A stretch of 64,000 nt of DNA. Origin: a virus. Its lineage: Duplodnaviria > Caudoviricetes. This document shows, one piece after another, positions 29,833 through 37,846 of this stretch (position 1 is its first letter; each line of letters opens with the position of its first letter). A program made the position numbers and the translations under genes. The notes under the pieces were generated by a model, which had not been told where the DNA came from, ran no database searches, and saw only the letters and a list, made by a program, of their open reading frames with translations. The stretch covers positions 323 to 64,322 of the IMG/VR virus record IMGVR_UViG_3300014501_000017, one strand, 5' to 3'.

Positions 29833-31575
29833 ATGAAAAAAATCTGGAATACAGTAATATTTTTCTTTGCTTTATTTTTTTTATCTATTTCTGCTAATGC
29901 TATAACTGTTCCTTTAGTTGCAACTTCAAATGTTCATGGTTTTTATACTTCTCCATTTTCTATGCCGCTACCTACTGGATATAATTCTGCAAATAATTAT
30001 ACAATTATAGGTGGTGGTATTAGTAATGGAGCCTCTGCTTGTCCTGTTGGATGGACTATGTTTGTAGTACAAAATTCAATAGGAATTGCATGTGGAAGAA
30101 TGTATCAGAGTGGAGACCCATCTTCTGTTACTTTACCTGCTGATGGTACAGTTGATATAGTTGGTGGCACATTTAGTAATGTAAGTTCAGCCAAACCTTA
30201 TAGTTATGTTAATGATACTGTAGAGGTACAGCCAGTACAATATGGTCAAAATCCATTATTAGCAAGAGCACCATCAGTAGTTCCTACAGTTACAAATGGA
30301 ACATTAGTTGTTTTATATGCTGCTGGTAATAATGCTGGTTCTACTGTATTTACTATAAATGGTGCTTTAACTTCTGCTGTTACCTCTAATATTTTTGAAG
30401 GTGCCAATCTAAGTTATCTATCTATTGGTTCAACTACCACTCGCACTGGTGATTATACTGCTACATTTAATCAATATACTCATACTGGTAATTTTGGATT
30501 ACAAATTTTATTACAACCACAATCTGGTGGAACAGCAATACCATCACCAGCTTTAAATGGACCAACTATTGCTGGTATAGACACACAAAATGAACAAGAA
30601 GAAGATAGCGGACAGGCATTTATATATCCATCTCTTGTTGATGCACTTCCAACTGATCTTGCAGTAATAACTTATACTGGACAATGGGGTACTCAATTAG
30701 TTCCTAATGGTGATATATATCAAGGCGACCCACCTGATAATCATCCATCTCTATTAACACCAGGATTTGCGGATTTATTAACTAGTCAACCATTGACTAA
30801 TACTATAGGTTCTGATCCAGATCGTTGTCCTCAACCTCTTCTATATGGACCGGCCTGTTATGTAAGTCATGTAGTAACCGGTTATGTTTCTGGAATAGGT
30901 GCGAATCCATATATTGTACTTCAAGTAGGAACTTCATTAGTTTATATTCGTTCTGCTGTATATTGGAGAAGTATTGATGGTACAACTGTAGTGGATCAAT
31001 CTGGAGTAAATCAAAGTACAAGTCTTGTACTTACTCAAACTTCACCTTCATTAACACCAACTGGCGTTCCTGAAGTATTGGAATCTTCTTTTGGTGCAAG
31101 TACAGGAACATCTAATTTAACTTTACTTCCAATTACTTCACCTTCTGGATTAGATGAAATTGAAGGGCTTTGGTCATCAGGATCAAATCAAGAATGGGCT
31201 ATTGTAAATGGTTGGAAACAATTAACTACTACCAGTGCAACTAGTACATACTCTACAACTATTAGTACTAATGCTGGTGATATGGCTGGATTTAGTGTTC
31301 TTCTTGAGGATGTTGTATCATCATCAACACCAACGCCTACTGCGACTGCGACAGCAACGGCAACAGCTACTGCGACGGCTACTCCTACAGCAACAGGAAG
31401 TGGCGGAACACCAACGCCTACTGCAACTGCAACTGCAACTGCAACTGCAACTGCCACAGCCACTGCGACGGCAACAGCCACAGCTACGGCTACACCAACA
31501 GCAACACCAACAATTACTCCTACACCAGCACCTTTTTGGTGGCCACACATGCATTTGCATTCTTTAAATAACTAA
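29833..31575 (+). CDS. Second signal-peptide-bearing protein with Pro-Thr/Ala-Thr repeats
   Basis: MKKIWN + hydrophobic core + ANA cleavage site; related P.G...CP.GW domain; C-terminal TPTPTATAT tracts. Confidence 0.75.
   Translation: MKKIWNTVIFFFALFFLSISANAITVPLVATSNVHGFYTSPFSMPLPTGYNSANNYTIIGGGISNGASACPVGWTMFVVQNSIGIACGRMYQSGDPSSVTLPADGTVDIVGGTFSNVSSAKPYSYVNDTVEVQPVQYGQNPLLARAPSVVPTVTNGTLVVLYAAGNNAGSTVFTINGALTSAVTSNIFEGANLSYLSIGSTTTRTGDYTATFNQYTHTGNFGLQILLQPQSGGTAIPSPALNGPTIAGIDTQNEQEEDSGQAFIYPSLVDALPTDLAVITYTGQWGTQLVPNGDIYQGDPPDNHPSLLTPGFADLLTSQPLTNTIGSDPDRCPQPLLYGPACYVSHVVTGYVSGIGANPYIVLQVGTSLVYIRSAVYWRSIDGTTVVDQSGVNQSTSLVLTQTSPSLTPTGVPEVLESSFGASTGTSNLTLLPITSPSGLDEIEGLWSSGSNQEWAIVNGWKQLTTTSATSTYSTTISTNAGDMAGFSVLLEDVVSSSTPTPTATATATATATATATPTATGSGGTPTPTATATATATATATATATATATATATPTATPTITPTPAPFWWPHMHLHSLNN
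31327..31530 (+). repeat. Coding repeat (TP/TA)n
   Basis: ACACCAACGCCTACTGC occurs at 31327 and 31408; perfect (GCAACT)x5 at 31423-31452. Confidence 0.93.
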
Positions 31576-31583
31576 ATATCAAT

Positions 31584-32258
31584 ATGAAGCTTATCACCGA
31601 ATTAGTAGAAGACGTACAATATCTAGAGGAAGAGTCTACTGGCTCAAAAGCCCTTTATATTAAAGGACCATTCCTACAATTTGATATTGTAAATAAAAAC
31701 TCACGTCATTATTCATCAGAAATTTGTGCTCCTGAAGTACAAAGATATATTAAAGAAATGGTCGAACAAGATCGGGCATATGGTGAATTAGGTCATCCAG
31801 ATGGACCACGCATCAACCTAGATCGGGCCTCTCATTTAATTAAATCTCTTGACCGTCAGGGTAGTACTTGGATTGGAAAAGCCCGTATTATGGAAGAGAC
31901 TCCTATGGGAAAAATTGCTGCTGGTATTATTCATGCCGGTGGACGCCTTGGAGCATCTTCACGAGCACTTGGAACAGTAAAAAGTGTTGCTGGAATTAAT
32001 GAAGTTCAGAATGATTTCAGATTAGCTACGGCTGCTGATATTGTGGCTGACCCTTCTGCACCATCTGCCTTTGTTAATGGAATCTATGAACAGGCAGAAT
32101 GGGTATATAACAACGGAATTCTAACCGAACAACAGGTATCAGTTTTAAAGAAAGAAGCTATTGAGACTTTTGTTTCGAAAAAAGACCGAGCAAATAAAAC
32201 AATTCACCTATTTGAATCTTTCCTAGAAGCCCTTCAAAATGTTAAGTTTAATAAATAA
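31584..32258 (+). CDS. gp21: Prohead protease gp21
   Basis: MKLITE, N.N.R.Y, RAYGELGHP, TPMGKI, LGASSR.LG, ADIVADPSAP.AFV.GI.E. Confidence 0.96.
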   Translation: MKLITELVEDVQYLEEESTGSKALYIKGPFLQFDIVNKNSRHYSSEICAPEVQRYIKEMVEQDRAYGELGHPDGPRINLDRASHLIKSLDRQGSTWIGKARIMEETPMGKIAAGIIHAGGRLGASSRALGTVKSVAGINEVQNDFRLATAADIVADPSAPSAFVNGIYEQAEWVYNNGILTEQQVSVLKKEAIETFVSKKDRANKTIHLFESFLEALQNVKFNK

Positions 32259-32279
32259 TTAAAGAATACAGGAGACCCT

Positions 32280-33356
32280 ATGAGTAAGAAAGTAGTAACA
32301 GAAGATTTAGATACAAAAGATAATGGCACTGCTGCCGAAGCTACACTTGCACCTAATTCAAAGCCCGGTGGTTCACCAGAAAAGTCTAAGACTGAATTAA
32401 TGGCAGCAGTAGTTGCTGCTATGGGTGGAGTTGAACATGGTGATCTTACAAAGTTTGCTGAGTCTCTAAAAATGAACACTGGTGCAAATCAGTCAAAGTC
32501 AGAAGATGGCGACAAAGAAAAGAATGTTGCTTCAATTACAGCAAAGGGTGTTGCCGCATCTGCTATGAAAGAAGATGTTATTGAAATGTTCAAGGGCAAC
32601 GAAGGAATGACTGAGGAATTACTAACCAAGGCAACAACACTTTTCGAAGCTGCTGTTAACATGAGAGTAAATCTAGAAGTTGTTCGTATTAATGAAGAAC
32701 TCGAAACAGCAAACAAGACTTCACAGGAAGAAGTTGTAAAGACTCTAAATGAAGAAATGATCAACCGTGTTGACCAGTATCTATCATTTGCAGTTGCAGA
32801 ATGGGCAAAGGAAAATCAGGTCCAGATTGACGAATCAATTAAGGCAACTATTGCTATTGACTTCATGAAGGGAATGAAGAAATTGTTCAAAGAACATTAT
32901 GTAAAGATTCCTAAGAAGAAGTTGGATGTTGTTGAAACACTATCAGTTGAAAACGCCGAGCTACAGAAGAAACTTGACGAAATCACAAAGACTGTTGTTG
33001 AACAGACAGCAAAACTTAACAAAGCAACAAAGCATGACATTGTAGAAACAATGGCAACTGGACTATCTGTAACACAGGTAGAAAAGTTTAAAGGACTTGT
33101 TGAATCAGTTGATTTTGAATCAGCAGAAGCTTTTACAAAGTCAGCAGAAATTATTCGTGAACAGTATTTCCCTAAGACACCTAAGAACAATGGAAAAGAT
33201 TTGTTAAATGAAGATGATAAGGGAATTGCAGTTAACGCAGAAGGCAAGCCAGTTAACGATAAGGGCGAAGTCATTGCAGAAACAGTAACAGAAGTTCTTG
33301 ATCCTGAAATGAAAGCATATGTCGAAACATTGGATCGTCACATCGCAACATATTAA
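32280..33356 (+). CDS. gp22: Prohead core scaffold gp22
   Basis: ATTLFEAAV, VDQYL....EW..EN, FM.GMK.LF.EHYV.IP; between gp21 and gp23. Confidence 0.92.
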   Translation: MSKKVVTEDLDTKDNGTAAEATLAPNSKPGGSPEKSKTELMAAVVAAMGGVEHGDLTKFAESLKMNTGANQSKSEDGDKEKNVASITAKGVAASAMKEDVIEMFKGNEGMTEELLTKATTLFEAAVNMRVNLEVVRINEELETANKTSQEEVVKTLNEEMINRVDQYLSFAVAEWAKENQVQIDESIKATIAIDFMKGMKKLFKEHYVKIPKKKLDVVETLSVENAELQKKLDEITKTVVEQTAKLNKATKHDIVETMATGLSVTQVEKFKGLVESVDFESAEAFTKSAEIIREQYFPKTPKNNGKDLLNEDDKGIAVNAEGKPVNDKGEVIAETVTEVLDPEMKAYVETLDRHIATY

Positions 33357-33416
33357 TCTGAAAAACAACGATTTAATAAATAAATATAAGAAGGTAAATC
33401 CTTAGAGGGAGCAAAC

Positions 33417-34766
33417 ATGGCACTTACAACAGAAGCATTAATTAAGAAATGGGGTCCAGTTCTAGATCGTGATGGTCTTTCAAAGATCACTGATCCTCAT
33501 AAGCGTTGGGTAACTGCATCAGTTCTTGAAGAAACTGCTAATGCTGTTCGTAGAGAAGCAGAAGCACAGAAGCCCGGTTCAGGATTCTTGACAGAAGCAG
33601 AACCTATTAACGTTACAGCCGATGTAGCAAGATTTGATCCTGTATTGATTTCACTAGTAAGACGCGCTATGCCTAATTTGATTGCTTATGATATTTGTGG
33701 TGTACAGCCAATGAGCGGACCAACTGGTCTTATCTTCGCTATGCGTTCACAGTATGCTAACTCATCAAACGTACAGCTAGCAGAAACCTTCTATAACGAA
33801 GTAAACACAGCATTCTCAACATTGGTTGCTGGATCAAACACATTTGGTCAGCAGATGGTTGGAGTAACTCCTGCATCATCAAACAACTTGGGAACAAACA
33901 CATATAACACTGGAACTGGAATGGCAACTGCTAATGCAGAAGGTCTAGGACAGTCAACAGTATTCCCTGAAATGGGATTTACAATTGAAAAGTTGACCGT
34001 TACTGCCCTATCAAGAGCATTAAAGGCTGAATACTCAATTGAATTGGCACAGGACTTAAAGGCAATTCATGGATTGGATGCTGAGACAGAATTGTCAAAC
34101 ATCCTTTCAGCAGAAGTACTTGCTGAAATCAACCGTGAAGTTGTTCGTACAATTAACATTATCGCTCGTACTGGAGCACAGGAAAACACAACTACAACAG
34201 GAACATTCGACTTGGATACAGATTCAAACGGACGTTGGGCTGTTGAAAAGTTCAAGGGACTTGTTTTCCAGATCGAACGTGAAATGAACCAGATCGCAAA
34301 GGGAACAAGACGTGGAAAGGGAAACATTTTGATTTGCTCATCAGATATCGCATCTGCTCTACAGATGACAGGTGTTTTGAAGAACGATTCAAATATGGCA
34401 AACGGACTACAGGTTGACGATACTGGAAATACATTCGCAGGATTGCTAAATGGTAAGATTCGTGTTTACATTGATCCTTACTCATCAGCATTCGCTTCAA
34501 ACGGAACAGTAACATCTGGACAGTATTTCACTGCCGGATATAAGGGACCATCTGCATTTGATGCAGGTCTATTCTACTGCCCATACGTTCCTCTACAGAT
34601 GGTACGTGCAGTTGATCCTAACACATTCCAGCCAAAGATTGGATTCAAGACACGTTATGGAATTATCGCAAATCCATTCGCAGAAGGCTTGAACCCAGGA
34701 CTTGGAGAATTGTCTCAGGATACTAACGTATACTACCGTAAGGTCGTAGTAAATAACTTAATGTAA
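33417..34766 (+). CDS. gp23: Major capsid protein gp23
   Basis: LVRRAMPNLIAYDICGVQPMSGPTGLIFAMR, SRALKAEYSIELAQDLKAIHGLDAE.EL, YCPYVPL, FQPKIGFKTRYG. Confidence 0.98.
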   Translation: MALTTEALIKKWGPVLDRDGLSKITDPHKRWVTASVLEETANAVRREAEAQKPGSGFLTEAEPINVTADVARFDPVLISLVRRAMPNLIAYDICGVQPMSGPTGLIFAMRSQYANSSNVQLAETFYNEVNTAFSTLVAGSNTFGQQMVGVTPASSNNLGTNTYNTGTGMATANAEGLGQSTVFPEMGFTIEKLTVTALSRALKAEYSIELAQDLKAIHGLDAETELSNILSAEVLAEINREVVRTINIIARTGAQENTTTTGTFDLDTDSNGRWAVEKFKGLVFQIEREMNQIAKGTRRGKGNILICSSDIASALQMTGVLKNDSNMANGLQVDDTGNTFAGLLNGKIRVYIDPYSSAFASNGTVTSGQYFTAGYKGPSAFDAGLFYCPYVPLQMVRAVDPNTFQPKIGFKTRYGIIANPFAEGLNPGLGELSQDTNVYYRKVVVNNLM

Positions 34767-34800
34767 ACATAGGAGATTAATTTCTCCGTTAAACCTAAGA

Positions 34801-34832
34801 AGGGAAGTAGGGAAACCTGCTTCCCTTTTTTT
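34801..34832 (+). terminator. Rho-independent terminator after gp23
   Basis: AGGGAAGTAGG-GAAA-CCTGCTTCCCT: 11-bp stem with one G-U, GAAA tetraloop, followed by a T-run. Confidence 0.92.
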
Positions 34833-34848
34833 CTGGATAAATACCTAC

Positions 34849-35625
34849 ATGAAGTCATTCAAATCACTCCTAACAGAAGAATTCGAACTCCTTGAATCTA
34901 TCGATGCCTATGAGCCTATTCTATGTGAAGAATGTGGTAATTGGGGATGGATGATTGAAGATATGTCAAAGAAAGACGCCAATGAAATTACTGGTGGTCT
35001 TTCAAAAGCTTCAAAGATGCCTTCTGCAACATATAATACTCCTGCCTCTCATTGTAATGTTGGTGCAAAATTAGCTAAAATTCCTGGTTCTGTATGTCAT
35101 GGCTGTTATGCCAAGAAAGGTAATTTCACATTTCCTAAAGTTCATCAGGGAATGGAAAAGAAATATGATTCAATTGATCATCCAAAATGGACCGAGGCTA
35201 TGACTACTTTAGTTAAAGGTCAGGCAGAAAAATCTCCAGCCGGTGAAAAGCATTTTCGTTGGCATTCATCTGGAGATATTAAAGATGAAGGTCATCTAAA
35301 GAAAATTTTTGATGTGGCCCGTAATACACCTGATATTAAACATTGGCTTCCTACTCATGAAGGAAACCTTGTTGCAAAACATTTAATGAAGGGTAACAAG
35401 AAACCAGATAATTTAAACATTAGAATCTCAAATAACATGATTAATGGTAAGGCACCATCATGGCCTAAAAGATTTGGTCTTACAACTAGTGGAGTTCATA
35501 CTAAGGATAAAGCAGCCGAGAATGCCCATCATGACTGCCCTGCTCATCTTCAAAACAATATGTGCGGTTCCTGCCGTAAGTGTTGGGATACTAAAGTTCC
35601 ATCAGTTTCCTATCTAAAGCACTAA
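34849..35625 (+). CDS. GP88-family Cys-rich protein with capsid-targeting-like N-terminus
   Basis: GGLSK.SKMP, C.VG.KL.KIPGSVC..CYA.KG, FRWH.SGD, HWLPT.E, P.NL.IRIS, CPA..Q...CG.CR.CWD..V..VSY.KH. Confidence 0.75.
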   Translation: MKSFKSLLTEEFELLESIDAYEPILCEECGNWGWMIEDMSKKDANEITGGLSKASKMPSATYNTPASHCNVGAKLAKIPGSVCHGCYAKKGNFTFPKVHQGMEKKYDSIDHPKWTEAMTTLVKGQAEKSPAGEKHFRWHSSGDIKDEGHLKKIFDVARNTPDIKHWLPTHEGNLVAKHLMKGNKKPDNLNIRISNNMINGKAPSWPKRFGLTTSGVHTKDKAAENAHHDCPAHLQNNMCGSCRKCWDTKVPSVSYLKH

Positions 35626-35627
35626 AT

Positions 35628-35846
35628 ATGAATATGACACTAATAAGCAGTTTAATTAATGTGTTCTGGGTTTTGGTAGGGGTTAGTATCACTTTATATG
35701 CTAATCGTCAAATTTCGAAAAATCACTCAAAAAAGCGCCGAATAGCCTTTATAAAACCTAGAGTTTTAAAGAATGATTTTGAAAACACACATACGATTAT
35801 GACACCCCAAGCTAAATTTGCCCCTTCCACTGGAATTCGTAATTAA
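35628..35846 (+). CDS. Small membrane protein (start may be ATG at 35634)
   Basis: N-terminal hydrophobic helix then basic tail; CTAAATA at 35622. Confidence 0.5.
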   Translation: MNMTLISSLINVFWVLVGVSITLYANRQISKNHSKKRRIAFIKPRVLKNDFENTHTIMTPQAKFAPSTGIRN

Positions 35847-35863
35847 TTTAATTCTAGGAGCTA

Positions 35864-35892
35864 TTGACAACGTTCAGCATATTGTGTATAAT
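35864..35892 (+). promoter_or_regulatory. Consensus sigma70 promoter
   Basis: TTGACA-N17-TATAAT in the intergenic gap before gp3. Confidence 0.8.
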
Positions 35893-35923
35893 TAGCTGTG
35901 CGCATAAAATAGAAATATACTGA

Positions 35924-36463
35924 ATGTCTTCACCACTAGGTCCAATTGGTTCACAACCAACAAATAGGAATTTCCTATCGGAAATTAACTACCGTTTAGT
36001 TCTTGGTAGATTCCCTAATTTAGTTTATTATCTTCAAAAATTTACTATACCTTCTATAGCTCTTGGTACAGTTGAAGTACCTAATCCTTTTTCTAGTTTA
36101 CCTCTTGCTGGAGATCATATTGATTGGGGTCAATTATCAGTAGACTTTATTCTTGATGAAGATTTACAAAATTACTATGAATTATTTAATTGGATTACAG
36201 AATTAGGTCTTCCAGATAATTTTAAATTAGCTAATAATGTTTATACTCAAACTGCTATAACCAATCAAGTAGGTCCATCATCTTCAGGTACTTTAATGGT
36301 ACTAAATTCTTCCTTTCAACCCGATATCAATTTTGATTTTGTTGATATCTATCCCATCGCCCTTACATCTGTTCCTTTTGATTCAACTAAGACCGAGACT
36401 GAATACTTAAAATGTACTGCTTCTTTTAATTATAGAAGATTCTATTTTAATCGTGTTCGATAA
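35924..36463 (+). CDS. gp3: Tail tube terminator/completion protein gp3-like
   Basis: N.NFLS...Y.L...P...YY.Q...IP.I.LG, GD...W..L.V.FI.DEDL.NY.E..NW, YP..L....FD, F.Y. Confidence 0.88.
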   Translation: MSSPLGPIGSQPTNRNFLSEINYRLVLGRFPNLVYYLQKFTIPSIALGTVEVPNPFSSLPLAGDHIDWGQLSVDFILDEDLQNYYELFNWITELGLPDNFKLANNVYTQTAITNQVGPSSSGTLMVLNSSFQPDINFDFVDIYPIALTSVPFDSTKTETEYLKCTASFNYRRFYFNRVR

Positions 36464-36465
36464 TC

Positions 36466-36494
36466 TTGACAAACTCAATAGACCATGGTATCAT
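36466..36494 (+). promoter_or_regulatory. sigma70-type promoter, predicted leaderless start
   Basis: TTGACA-N17-TATCAT with TG extension; ATG 6 nt downstream at 36501. Confidence 0.75.
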
Positions 36495-36500
36495 AAAGCT

Positions 36501-36686
36501 ATGATATCTGACTTAAAGGAATTAGAAAACCAAATTAAGGGATTACTTCGTTTTATAATGCCGTCTGAGTTAAAACGTTCAGTTCAAACTCGTATCATTG
36601 GTGGTGATGTGGCGGAAGTAAGAGTAATCATTGAAATAGTTAAACCTTCTCCTAAAAAGTGGTATCATAAAATAATAAAATTTTGA
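36501..36686 (+). CDS. Hypothetical protein
   Basis: ORF; start moved to ATG 36501 by promoter spacing. Confidence 0.55.
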   Translation: MISDLKELENQIKGLLRFIMPSELKRSVQTRIIGGDVAEVRVIIEIVKPSPKKWYHKIIKF

Positions 36687-36695
36687 GGTTATAAT

Positions 36696-36773
36696 ATGGA
36701 TATTGGATTTGGATTTGTTATGGGTATAGTTTTTACGTTAGTTGCTCTCTTTTTATATTCTGAATGGTATTAA
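36696..36773 (+). CDS. 25-aa hydrophobic peptide (not in ORF track)
   Basis: MDIGFGFVMGIVFTLVALFLYSEWY; SD GAGGT 6 nt upstream. Confidence 0.6.
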   Translation: MDIGFGFVMGIVFTLVALFLYSEWY

Positions 36774-36775
36774 TT

Positions 36776-36853
36776 ATGGAATTTGTATTTGGATTTATTT
36801 TAGGAGTTGGTTCTACTATAATTATTCTAGCTACTTATCTTGGTGTAAAATGA
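36776..36853 (+). CDS. 25-aa hydrophobic peptide (not in ORF track)
   Basis: MEFVFGFILGVGSTIIILATYLGVK; starts 2 nt after the previous stop; ATGA overlap with the next gene. Confidence 0.55.
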   Translation: MEFVFGFILGVGSTIIILATYLGVK

Positions 36854-37032
36854 ATTGTAAAGCATCTAATGGTAAAAATGGAAATAAGAAACGTTCTGTT
36901 TCTAAAAGTACTTCAAACTCAAGACATGAATCAGACTTACGAGATTATGAATCTAATGAAGAATATATCAATAGAATAGTAAGAGAAGATAAAGAACGTC
37001 GATTTTGGGAAAATGATCGAAGAATGGGTTAA
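36850..37032 (+). CDS. Small charged hypothetical protein
   Basis: ATGA-coupled start MNCKAS...; abuts uvsY. Confidence 0.5.
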   Translation: MNCKASNGKNGNKKRSVSKSTSNSRHESDLRDYESNEEYINRIVREDKERRFWENDRRMG

Positions 37033-37034
37033 TT

Positions 37035-37472
37035 ATGAAACTTGATGAAGTATTTGGTCAATGGAAAAAAGATTCCAAGATAGATAGAAATGACCTCACT
37101 GGCGAGAGTCTTAGAATTTCAGAACTTCATTGGAAGTATCTTCAAATATACACGTCTGAGAAATTAGTTTTCAATAGAAAGAATGCTGATTACAAAATAT
37201 TGTTCCGACTTAAGTTTGAGTATTATCTTGGAACTCTTTCAGATGAAGAATTAAAAGAGAAGGGATGGGAACCTAATCCACTTCGAATTATTAGACAAGA
37301 CCTACAAACCTATATTGATGCTGATAAAGATATAGTTCAAGCTAACCTTATGTTGCTTCAACAAGAAGAGAAGGTAAGTGCTCTAGAGAATATAATAAAG
37401 TCTATCAATAATCGTTCCTTCAATATAAATAATGCATTGAATGATATCAAGTTTAAGAATGGAGAAAATTAA
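37035..37472 (+). CDS. uvsY: Recombination mediator UvsY
   Basis: W.KDS.ID...L..ES..I..LH.KYL, EYY.G, YI.AD, I..R.F.I.NA....KF..G. Confidence 0.92.
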   Translation: MKLDEVFGQWKKDSKIDRNDLTGESLRISELHWKYLQIYTSEKLVFNRKNADYKILFRLKFEYYLGTLSDEELKEKGWEPNPLRIIRQDLQTYIDADKDIVQANLMLLQQEEKVSALENIIKSINNRSFNINNALNDIKFKNGEN

Positions 37473-37846
37473 TGAATGATAAATTTGTAAGGGTAAATCT
37501 CGTTAAAGAGAAGGTTGTTGAATCTGGTGATGTGCTAGGAATACATGTATCAGAAAAGATACCTAATACTATGCTTGATAAGATTCGCCTGATTAAAGGA
37601 ATAAATTGGACCTATCAGGAAAATTTTGACTTATATTATTTGAAAGTAAATGTAAGTAAGATGTTTCATACTGATGAAGTTATACCACTTATCATAAATG
37701 CAATTCGTTATTCATATGATGGATTAGGAGTACTTGATATCAGTAATGTAAAAGATCATGTTTCATATGAACCGGTAAAAATTGATGAGCGTGACATATC
37801 ATATTATTGTCATTCAGCAGATCATTATACAGGGGAAGATGAATAA
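37472..37846 (+). CDS. Hypothetical protein
   Basis: Translationally coupled ORF between uvsY and uvsW. Confidence 0.55.
   Translation: MNDKFVRVNLVKEKVVESGDVLGIHVSEKIPNTMLDKIRLIKGINWTYQENFDLYYLKVNVSKMFHTDEVIPLIINAIRYSYDGLGVLDISNVKDHVSYEPVKIDERDISYYCHSADHYTGEDE

Larger units (their letters stand above)
7891..34843 (+). promoter_or_regulatory. Set of gp55-type late promoters, consensus (A/C)TAAATA
   Basis: Copies just upstream of late genes at 7891, 11881, 16522, 21005, 23143, 23745, 26085, 27755, 31572, 32251, 33376 and 34837; variant of the T4 TATAAATA box. Confidence 0.8.

Noticed and set aside
29469-31567. Poly-AV, poly-Q and Cys/Ser-rich ORFs in other frames; possible CRISPR array
   Set aside because: These are frame shadows of the Ala-Thr/Pro-Thr coding repeats; there is no repeat-spacer structure.
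36742-37032. 96-aa ORF with TTG start
   Set aside because: Better explained by two 25-aa peptides plus an ATGA-coupled gene starting at 36850.
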